The notes under the pieces are model-generated. The model was not told where the DNA came from, ran no database searches, and saw only the letters and a program-made list of their open reading frames with translations. A DNA stretch of 64,000 nt from Lingula anatina (Eukaryota; Animalia; Brachiopoda), in the NCBI GenBank assembly GCA_051362555.1, contig CM120642.1:13826001-13890000 (forward strand). The letters are read 5' to 3'. Numbering within the stretch: the first letter of the stretch is position 1; the number at the start of each line of letters is the position of its first letter. The translations under genes and the position numbers were made by a program. Shown piece by piece: positions 12,301-24,300 of the stretch.

Positions 12301-15300
12301 AAGGCAAACTGCAAATTAAATATTTAAATTCAATGTGCTATTATGTATATGACTCACATTGTCACCTTTGCTGTAAATATAGCTAATTGTGCGCCCTGCT
12401 TTCAGTTTCTCTGCATGTTACGATGTATTCATCTACTGTCATAAGCATGAGACCTTGCAAGTTAACTTGCCTGGTTGTGGTTGCCTTTGCTGTTACGTCA
12501 ACCAGCTGTTACCTAGAAACAGGTGTCATGGACCTAACCAGACAACCATTTTGATTGGCTGTCCTGATTTGGTTGCATGGAAGTTCATCTGTTTGTATTG
12601 GCCAGCTGTAATTGTTATGGCAACAAATAGTTCTTTAACATTAATTTGCACATATATATATATAGCAAGGTATAGGGAGCCTTTAGGCTGGAGTTTTACC
12701 ACTGGACATTGATTTTATTTTGCTTTCTAGATGTGCCGCTGTTACAATTCTCTGATTTACAGACACCAGTTAAGCTCTTCATCAGTTGGCTGTCAAAGCA
12801 TCTCACATTTATTATTATTATTATTATCTGCTATTATAAATTCATCTTATTTATGAGTATCTTGTTTTTCTACTTTTTTACTTTTGTGTCTATCACTTCT
12901 TCTGCGAACCAGACTACCTCAGGTCCAGATCCTACCCCTGCAGACAAAACATACGCTGAAACACTGGGCTACTTAAATATCGCCTTTACCGCTGTATTTG
13001 CCATTGAGTGCATCCTCAAGATAATAGCTTTTGGACCTCAGGTTTGGTCTTGTACTGCAAAGAATGGCAACTTAACAATGTTTAAAGTCAAGCAAATGGG
13101 CTAAGACTGGAGATGATGCTGGCAGAAACCTATTTTGAAAAAATATATGAATATAAGTATGTATATATGTGTATATGTACTAGTATACCTGATAAACAAT
13201 TGTTTCAAGGTCTTGGGCAGTTTATACAGATGATCTGTGATTACCAGATTCATGCTGCTTGGTGGTTTCTATTCCAAAATGCATAATTGATCAGTAATCA
13301 TTCAATTTTTTTTAAAAGAAAGGCATTATTAGATATCACTTGGTGGTTTTAATGTGTTTGCATAACATAATCCTGCCATTTTCATCTCATGTCTTATTCC
13401 TTAGCTAACTGACAGTAAAATAAAGTGGCTGATGTATCGAGTGTTTTTGCCAAGCCAATTTGTCCCCCTTGTACAATGTAATTGTTCAGACCTATAGCTA
13501 TAGTGAAGTGGACATGACGTCTGTTGCAGCTATCCTGCTATCCTGCCATTAGGTTATTGATATGATTGTATGTCACCTTCAGCAACTTTATAAGATTTTA
13601 AATGTAATGGACCTTTTAACTGATTACCACTTGGTAAGTTAATTTGTTTGCTTTTGTCAAGTTTTGGAAAGCCATTTACAGTTTATAGTTTGCTGCTAAA
13701 TGTTACCCCAATCTTTGTATTAACTTACCATAGGCCATAATATTAATGTTTCCCGTTGTATCATTTTTGTGTGCACTATATGTCATAATATAAGGCTCGA
13801 ATATGTGAGTACCATATAATGCTTTTATCCCTCAACAAACTTTTGCTACAGTAATTTTTGCTGGACTTTTTAACAATGTGCAGGAAAGATTATTAGAAAT
13901 TAGCAGTTGGATTTCTCAAAATCTGATTCCATTGCAAATTTTAGGAAATGTCATTAGAAATTAACCGTTCCACTCCAGCCATACACCTTGTCTGTAAGTC
14001 AAATAAAATTCATTGGATTTAGTAACAATATGGTTCACTTTGGATGTAGGTGAATAACATATTTAAATGAAGATAAAAAGAAAAAATTATTTTTCTGATT
14101 CGTAAAATTGAATCTGTGTGTAAGATGTAGAACCTTCATTTAACGAAGGCAGGAAAAGGATGTGGAATTGACTGGCAAATAAAAAACCTGATTACCCCAG
14201 TCTTAGAATATCTAGCGCTGACATAAGTATGACGATGTTTAAAAATGATTGGAGCTCTACCTTCTAACTAAGTTTGCAGAAACCGATGAATCATATATGA
14301 AACCAGAGTGCACTTGATATTTGACAAAAGACAAAACATTTTGAACTCAGAATTTTTATCAAAATACTATTTATTACCTTTTTTGACATTTAAAGTTACA
14401 TTCTTAAAGCAGATTTTTGCCTTTAAAAAAGTAGTTGGGGACTTTAAAATTCTCTGAAATTGGGAAAAAGGGTATTTTTTCTTATGATTTACCAGAGAAA
14501 GTGTAGACATAAAAGCAACAGAGATTTAGATAGACATAGGAACCTCAATTTAACACTTGATAGCATACTTATATATGAATCTCATGCATGAGAAAACTTT
14601 TTCTCAGCTTTTAATAGCCTACTTTTGATTCATTTTGCTTCATCACATTTGCCCGTCTCCCTAGCTTCCTTCATACCTGCAATGTTTTTGCTGCTAGTTG
14701 CTTTTTTTTTTTTTCATTTGCTGTTTTCTGTTATGGATCTTAGTGTTTAGTTTATTTATATAATCCTCTACAAGCTATCAGGTTTTCATAAATTGCTTTA
14801 TTTAAATAGATTTTGTTGTTGGTAAAATATTCTGTAACAGTTGTAATATCCAGTGAGCATAGTATTGCCATAGTATTTTATGGATTGAAAATCAATTGCA
14901 TTGATTAGTGATAGCACCCATGCCTTATTTTGCATCTGATCAGTGATATAGCACAACATGCATAAGTTTCAATTTGATCTTCCTTACTTTGTTTAATATG
15001 AAACAAAAAAGAATACAGGAATAAGATGCTAGCTGCAGCCATATCATTTGCCACATTCTGTGCCACCTTTGGATTAAATTGTATGAAATTTAATGATTGT
15101 ATAGATTTTGATTTTTTTTTAAACATCAAATTTACCATGTAGTTTATTTTAGATTTTGAATCGGAATTAAAATTTTTGGTGGAAGTCTGAGATAAAAATT
15201 ATTATTCATATGATATGTGCCTTTTTGCACCTAATTTGATTCTCATCAGACAAAAAACTCTGCCTTCAAGAAAGTCAGTATAAATAATTGCCATACATAT

Positions 15301-18300
15301 TAAAACTTCCTTTTCTTAATGCTTTCAGTAGAATTGATCAGATATATGATTTCAGTGATGTTTAAAAACTGAAATTTTCAAAATTGCTGCCCTTTCAGAT
15401 GTATTTCAATGATAACTGGAATACCTTTGATAGTGTTACAGTATTGGGTTCTATCACTGATGTTATAGTAACTGAACTTAAAATGTCTACAGTAAGTAGT
15501 AAATATAAATGATAATCAGTTTGGTTTTTGGAATGATAAGAGCATATCTGTGCATCTTCATTGGAATGAATCTTAGCCATTGCAAAATTTTAAAGGTCAA
15601 TATACATATGAGATGTGATTAAAAAAGGCACAATTACAAAGATTTCTACCTTTTGAGAATTATCTTCACTAGTGTATGAACACTAAAAAGTAACCTTATA
15701 TTTTGCAATGGCAAAGAACATTTGTAATGCCTACACCATGTAATTAATTGACATTTTAAGCACATTCATCTTTTTCAGAATTATTTCCGAGATCCGTGGA
15801 ACGTGTTTGATTTTGTCACTGTGCTTGGAAGTATCACGGATGTTTTAGTCTCTGTTCTCAACACAGTAAGTTATTCAGTTGATGACACATTCAACACACA
15901 CAAAAGCTGCATCTGAATGGGCATATATGTTTTGTCATACCATTGTTTGTTGTAAGCCTTGTCAGAAGTTATAATGGCACTTTAGGTATGGTTTTAAATT
16001 GTAGTTTTAGAGAAATCAGTTGATGGGCATAAGATATTTAAAGAAGAAATATTTTTGTATTTTTGACAAAGATTGATTTGCAAAAAAGTTGACATGTCAG
16101 TAATTTCCATATATCCTTAACAGTTGGTTCCTAGTCTATTTGAGGTAGGAGCACCGCTAAAAAAGCTTTAAACTGCATGGTGCAGAAACCAGATTGTTTT
16201 GAGATGATTGGTTAATTTTTCACCAATTGCAAAAGTGCTGTCAGACTGGAAATGCTTGATTGAAAACTTAAGTTTTGTTGTTTTGTTGAAATTGTGGAAT
16301 TAGAAACTTATATGTTAAAGTTCATGAGTCTTACTACCTACCAATCATTGCATCAAAGCATTTTCATTTTTTTTTTCTACCAATTTTTCACTATGAAAAA
16401 AATTCAAATTCAAGAAAGGTAAAATGTATTACACAGTTGTTCTAATTTTTGTAACTAATTGAAAAAAAGATGAATATTTGGGAAGAAACCATTGATGGTA
16501 TTTACTCATTTACTGAATAAAGGGAACCCCTGGCTATGTGGTTTTTAATCTGACAGCATTTGGCAGGCATTTTATTTAAGTTGATTGATGTGGGTTTTCA
16601 TTGAATTGCAATGAGGTGACATCTGAGTGACTTTTTCTATGCCAATCTGAGATATCCCCCCCCCCCCTCTGGCCTACCTCCCAACCCCATAAACACACAA
16701 ACCATCTCCCCAATTTATTAAGGGTTTTTACCAAATATTACTAGATTTTGACCTGGGTTAGTTTGCTGTGAAAATTGAGTATGTAAACAACAAGGCACCT
16801 AGCATCAGGCTGTTGGTAATTATTTACAAAACATCCACAAAGAGAAACTTACATTTGATGCTGCTTGCAAAAGACAAAACTTGTTTGCAAGCCAATTTCA
16901 AAAAAGGTTGAAATTTAGAAGTCTGAATTGAAAGGGTGTTTCTTATCAGGTTGATTTTTTTTTAGTCGAATTATGTGTTTTTTGGCTTTTTGGGGGGAAC
17001 AAGTGAAATAGTGAAATATACCTGATGATAGTTGCCAAGATGTGCTAACATTCCCCACAGCCTAAGCTACTTCTTGGAGACCCCTAATACATTTTATACT
17101 ATTGTCATAGGATCTCTGAATGTAGCTTCAAAACACTTTGTAGATGTGTTGCATGAGCCCACTAACACTACTAGGTCACTGGATATTTCTGAATGTTTTT
17201 GTCTTTTGCATGCATTTATACTTCATAGATATGGCTCACCTATATGTGGTCTACGTCTTCCATCCTGTACTCTATCACTTCTAATTGTTTTCCTTACATT
17301 TGACCTTTTTTGTCTTCTTTTTATAGACATTTGTATAGGATACTTAGAAAAGGCAGTTGAAAAACATTATCCAATATATCATTTCAAGTTTCACTGAAGA
17401 CTTTGACACATTTGGTTGAGACGAATGTGCCAGTCGCACCAAACGCAATCACTTCTGTAAAGAACACAATTTACTATTATGCTTTACACTTATATTTTAC
17501 ACATCTGTCCCACTCAGCACAATAGCAGAAGACAAGTCAAAACACTTGGTACACAAGACAAATGATAAACAGGTACTCACGCCAAAAAAAAAAAAAAAAA
17601 GCAATTTGCCAAATACCTAATCTGGGTTAGGATTTTGACTGTTACAACTATAAGCATTCTACAACATATTGGCAACAGCTATGTTTATGCTTAATACACT
17701 TCACTACTTAACAATAAACCCAGTGAACTGCCTTTTAGATCTTATGCTGTGTCACTGCTAGTGCACGAACATCTAACAACAAAAACGGATTCATAGAATT
17801 GTTAAACTATTGAAGTCACATGTGCTTATTGTTGAAAAATGAATATCCTTTTCAGTAAAAGTATTTCCTAACTGAGTTAACACAAATGCAATTTAAAAAG
17901 TGCATAGCATAAAAGAAACTTACTGCCTGAAGATTCCTTATTTTTATAAGTTTTTGGTCAATGATTAAAAATGTAGAAGTATAGACATTTATTTATTTAG
18001 TTTTTTTTACATGTTTGTAGAAAAAACATCCTAGATTTGATTTGTACCACCATTTTCTCTGATGTGTTTTCTTTGTCTGTTATTTATTTTATATATTTAT
18101 TTATTTGATTTTTTGTCATACTTTTAACTAGTTCTCTTTTTCTAAGTGTAACGTACTTGAATACTATCTTCATTCATTCTGTGTTGTTTAGACTTAGTCT
18201 ACTAATAATGCTCTGTATTTCTACTAATTCCTCAGGACCTGGTAGTGGCATTTTATATACTATTGGCACCTTAAATCACAGCAGTTCCTTATCAGCATGT

Positions 18301-21300
18301 TTGTAGAGTGATGTTGCACTTGCTTGGAGTGATAGTGAAACACTTTCCAGATTAAACTGAAAGGAAATTAGCATTGCTGCCCATGACATCTTGCACATCA
18401 CAGCAAAGGGCATTTTTACAGTAAGCTGTGCAAAGCTTAGCATCACTGTACTAATTTTAATAAACCAGGCTTGGGAATTAAAAAAGTCAGAAAGGTCCTC
18501 CTGAAGATTTGCAAATTCAGCGTAAAAACTGTGTTTGGCAAAATTTTGCCTTTTTATCTGAAAGTTGTTTTCATCTGTGACTCTTAAATGACATAATATG
18601 GAAGAGGGTAGAAAACATATGAAGTCTATGTGGATGGGATTATTGGAATCCTCAGGAGGGGGGGGGGGGTCTGTAGCATGGAAACTGCAGAAGGTAACCT
18701 TGTAAAACAAGCCCTGGTGGAAAACACTAAGTCATACTCTGCAGATTCATATGCCTTTTTGCCATAGTTAATCTCTATTTTCTGTTAATATTACTTTGAT
18801 TTTCCACATGCTATTGATATATTGATATACCAAACAAATGTAATATTTTGCACAACATATTATCAAGGGAATATCCAGGAAATATGAGAGGGGTGTCTCG
18901 AACTAGGGTAAACTCAGAGATCTGGTTTTGTGTCCATTGTTTAGTATTTGGTTTTTGGGGTACATGTGTATCTGGCTCCAGAAAAGAGCATTTTCTTACG
19001 AATAACCTTTCCTTTGGTATATCCAGAGTACAGGAGAAATTCTGAACTTTTGTAAAGAACACATCTATCACTTTATGTTTGTAAACAAAAAATATCAAGC
19101 AAAGTTGTATTGTATTGTATTGTTATTTCACCAACCACCTAAACTGCCATGCTCATGATATAGCTAGTTGTGTTGTCATGCTTATCTACTCTATTTTCAT
19201 GGTTACCAGTTATATTGTTGTGAGAGCTCAATATAGCATGGTGATTAGCACCATTGCCATGGTAACCATGTGACATTATCTTTGAAACTAAATGTAAACT
19301 CATTGTATTCGGGGTTTATGGCTAAAGGGGTTATGAAAGGGATCTAAATTGACAAAAAAAATCTAAAATGGGTCTGTAAGTCAGTGTTTGGTATGCTTAT
19401 TTTAAAGTTGTAAATGCATTTAAATGTTTCCCAGTGTGCATCCCCTTTTACCTTTAAGACAAACATGTTGTTGGCTGTTATTGGACAGAACTTGTAATAG
19501 TGGCAATTACTCACATATTTAAGACTTCTGACTTATTCCAATATAAATGTATACATACATATATATTTGAAATTTTTTATTTCTGTTTTAGTTCTAAACA
19601 TTGTAGACAACTAACTGAATCTGTACAAGATGGATCTGACACTTTGCAGAATATTGAATTTTTGGTTAAAATATTTTGTAAAATATAATTGTTTAAACTT
19701 GGTTGAAAGATGTTAATAATTCACACTTCTATCCATTAGATATATTCATATTGCTTTTCTGGATTTTGATATAGTTTTTTTTCTGTATCAAAACATATTT
19801 TAAATAGGAATTGTAATTTTTTTAAATTGTGAGTAAGTGATGGCCACATCTACAAGAGTTTGTATTCACTGCTTGTAAAACTAACCTACCAACCCAAACC
19901 TGCCATTCATGTATGGATGTAAATACTTCATAAAGCACTAGCTTTGAGAAATTCATATTACTGGTACCCTAAGTTTTGCTGTTTGAATGAAAGAAAATTA
20001 AGATCTACATTTTGTTGCCATTTTGGGATAATCAAAAAAAAAAAAAGTTGAAATATTGTTAAGTGGTATATCTTGTTTAATATATATTATTCCCTTTAAG
20101 GAGGGTCTGCCTGATATGTCTCTGCACTGCAAATGTCACACAAGGAACTTGCAATAGCTTTTGGTCATAGTATTATATAGTATTACACCAAACTGCTTTT
20201 AATGTCCATTAAAAATTGCAGACTAAATGAAGTTATGATAAAATCTTCATCATGTACCGTTATGACACTGCTTGTTTGCATCTACTCAGACACAGTAAGA
20301 CATTTCAGTGTTTATGGAAGGACCTCATGAACATGATTCATGGTATTCACAAGGACTTGTTTTCAGTGTTGAAAATAGAATTATTTGCAATAACACTGTG
20401 ACACTTGTTTCTTAGTGGTTTGAATGAAGTCAGTATATAAAGCAATATGTGAAAAATGACACGTTTGCCTTTTTTCTCACTTTTCCTGTCAGTTGTGATA
20501 AGTTTCAAAGAACTGTGCTGATAGCACTAGTTTCAGATCAATGAACTGATTACCTTATGCATTTGCGTATGAAAACCACAGTGACATAGGGCGATTCTAT
20601 AGATATTAAAAACAGACCAAGGAAAAGTAAATCCATGTGATTGGTTTGTTACTTTGGACTGTGGAGACAATATTTGAAATAGCCACTATTACCGGGTAGC
20701 TCCTTTAGTTGGGCATGTACAACAGGCTTCCAAGTGATGCCCCTTAAAGTTCTGACCTCCGTTATCTGCTTCCTGTATTTTATTCCCTTCTTGCTATTTT
20801 TGTCATATTCCTCCATTACAAAATTCTGTCATCAGTATTTAAGTTTTAGGTAGTAGTATTTATGCTGTTGTGATAAGTGTATTTTTTATGTGATGATGAT
20901 TAAAAATGGAAGAATTTGAATGTTCCCAAATGGGGAAATGAAGTTTTTTTTTTATACAAAATTTCTTAAATCATTAACCTTGTTGTTATGTGGCTAAATT
21001 GATCTAATGATTTCTGTTTATAAAAGTTGTGGCAACTATCTGAAATGTTTAATTTTGTACCACCAGCTTGGCAAGTTGGAGGTGCTGTGGACATGTGTCT
21101 TATTCAAAACCTCAAAACCACATAGAATCACAAACAATAAGATGTTTTAGTCCTAAATAATAAAGGATACCCTGTTCATTTTTCATTATTTATCACTCAC
21201 TTTTACATTGCTTGAAAGTTTGCCACTGTTGCTTCTCATCCTCTGTGATGTCTTAAGACAAATATTGTCCGTCCAAAAACTTCTATATTACAGTTATTAA

Positions 21301-24300
21301 GTCATGTATTTGAGAAGTATAAAATTGACATTATTTGGTGTTGTTGACCTATTTTAAGTTACAGAAAGCCGTTTGGTGGTACATAATAAGGAGGTAACTG
21401 TTACCTCTCTGAAATCTCAGGTTTTCCTTTTCTTTCATATGTTGAGAGTCTGAATTAGATTTCATTTAATTTTAGATAGTTTAACTAATCAGTTTATTTG
21501 TTAGCCATGAATTCATCTTGTTAACAGAAAATTTTTCATGACCTGTCTATCATGCCATACTGCTTACCCACATTTGGTATTCTTCTTTCTCATATATAAA
21601 CTCAGCTCTTGGCTGATATTCTGCTTTGCTTTTTCATTTTTCATCCACCTAAAGCAAACTAATTCAGAGGACTATTTTTTTTTCAATTTTCATGGCATTC
21701 ACTCCTACTTTCATTAAATTTTTACTTTTTATTTTTTGTTTGTTTTGTGACTTGTGTTATAGCCAGGTGGGCTGATTAAATTGGGATTCCTTAGGATGTT
21801 CCGTGCTGCCCGCACTATCCGTATTCTGAATCGTGGCTCCACTATCAGGTGTTTGCTGTGGACTTTCATACAATCGTTTAAGGTAATCAGGGCACTGATT
21901 GCTCAGTTTGACCGTTACGCAACTGGCCAGGAGGGTGAGAAAAAACTGGGCACCTCTCTGCAAGTTTGTCAATGTCACGGCTTCCATGGGGAGAGTTTGG
22001 GTTAAAAATACCAGGCAAGGCCACACAGTTGAAACAAACTTCAATTTTGAAATCTCATTGTATTTGGTAAAAATTGTTCTGTTTGCAGAAATTGTTATGT
22101 TTTTTAATCAGTTTCATACTTTAAACTAAAATCTTGAACTAAATGAATCACCCAGATTTCTCCTTCCAAAGAAGCATTGTGTGACCTCTATCTTGCAGAT
22201 AGGCACAGCTATAAAACTTTTTCTCACTGTGACCTGACCTTTCACTTACAGTCTGGTAGAAGCATAAATTTGGGATTTCTACGTCTCTTCCGAGCTGCTC
22301 GTCTGATCAAATTGCTTCGTCAGGGCGGTACAATCCGTATTCTGCTCTGGACTTTTGTGCAATCATTCAAGGTAAATATAGTACTATGTTGAAGTTGATT
22401 GGGTGTTCACTTGTCAACAGAAAAATGTATATATTATATAAAACCAAGGTAAACATAAAATGCAGACCTTTCTTAATTGTCCTAAAAGGAAACAAAATTT
22501 GAGTAAGTAATTATATATAAATAGCAAGTCTTTGAGCTGTTCATGTTTTGTGGAATAGGGTGGTTCAAAATAGCAACTTTTTTCCACTGTCAAGTTTGTC
22601 AACTTAGAATACTGAGAGAAGTTTCTTTATTTGTAGATTCATACCATATTCTCATTTATATTTCAATACAGTTGTGATATGCATTTTCATTGCAATCGAT
22701 TGTGTTTATCTAGGCACTGCCCTATGTGTGTTTGCTCATCCTTATGCTGTTCTTCATATACGCCATTGTTGGGATGCAGGTAGGTTCTGTGAGTGATAAA
22801 AGTGAGATATATAATGTAAAAATTAGAAAATAAACCATTATGAAAGTATCTAGAAGTTTTTATTCAGCAAAAATATTTCTTTTTGTTCTGTTTTGCTTCT
22901 CAGATCAACATTTATGTACTTCATTGTCAAAAAAAATTTTTTTAAATTTTATTTTGAAATAAGGGAGGTTTAGGTGATCATTTCATCTAAAAAATAAAAT
23001 TAGACATTTGAACAATTGATATTTTGCCCTAAGACTTTGTCAGTTTATAAATAATAACATGATAGACATTAAACAATCCAAGTTTTCTTTGTAGATATTT
23101 GGAAATATTAAATTTGTCGACGACAAGGCTATCAATCGCCACAATAACTTCCGTACCTTTCCTCAAGCCGTGGTGCTGCTATTTAGGTAAGTGCTTGAAT
23201 CTGTGTAACAGGTGAGCAGTGGATGCCAAGATTTTAATGTGAAAGTAATAAATAGATTATGAAAGAAAAATAAATTTGCTTTTATATGAAAAATGAGGAT
23301 TAAGTTTTGCTAAGAGATGAATGTATTTTGGATTTATCCAGGTATATGGGTATTGTATTTATGCCCCCCCCTCCCAGCACCCCATATAGAACTGCCTTCC
23401 TCAACCTCTTGCATTTTCTTGATTTCTCTTAAAGGTCAACTATTTAAATTTTTCACCTTTCTCTTTTTACTTCTTTAAAGATAAAATAATGGTTTGCAAA
23501 TAAAATCCACCCCTGAGCCAGTCATGTTGTTTGGGGACGTGTTGATATATTGATTTTTAAAATCAAAATTAATACAATTACAATCGAGCTAATGGATGCA
23601 AATGAGTTTTTTTTTATCAATCATATCATGCTGATCAAGGAGAATTTTTGTTCCTATCAGGTATTAATCTTTACCATTGGCTGTTTAACCAGAGGTCTTA
23701 CATTTTTGCCTTAAAAAAATGCTAAATTTCAGCCATGATGCATTTTTTAATTCCTGTTAATTGTTACATCTGAGACATGTTGCCCCTACAAGTGTCTTAC
23801 GTTTTATTATTTTGGCTTCTATTTTAGGTGCTCCACTGGAGAGGCCTGGCAAGACATCATGTTGAGCTGCATTTCGGGGGCTCCATGTGAAGTGCCTGAA
23901 GACGAGGAGGAGTCAAATGACTGCGGCACTGTTCTGGCATACATGTACTTTGTATCATTCGTCTTTTTCAGCTCTTTTCTTGTAAGTAACATAAATGTTG
24001 TTTGTGGTGTGTGTTATGCATATTTTCCTTTAGATATGAAAAGAATATTTTATTTCGATCAAGACAAAAAAAAAAGGATTTTGATAATGTTTTCAGTTAA
24101 AATGCAAAGAATACACATTGATGATAGAATCTACATAAATTCTTTGCTTTTTATATGGTTATCATGATGTTTCACAAATCAATTTACGATTTGTTGTAGA
24201 TGCTGAACTTGTTTGTTGCTGTTATTATGGACAATTTTGATTATTTGACGCGAGATTCCTCTATTTTGGGACCACATCATTTGGATGAGTACATCCGAGT

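Noticed and set aside
10180-22371. Explanation of the duplicated exons as assembly artefact or a second Cav gene
   Set aside because: Copies are diverged in DNA and length, introns are unrelated, and the order S2,S2,S2,S3,S3,S4,S4 fits exon-level duplication rather than segmental duplication.
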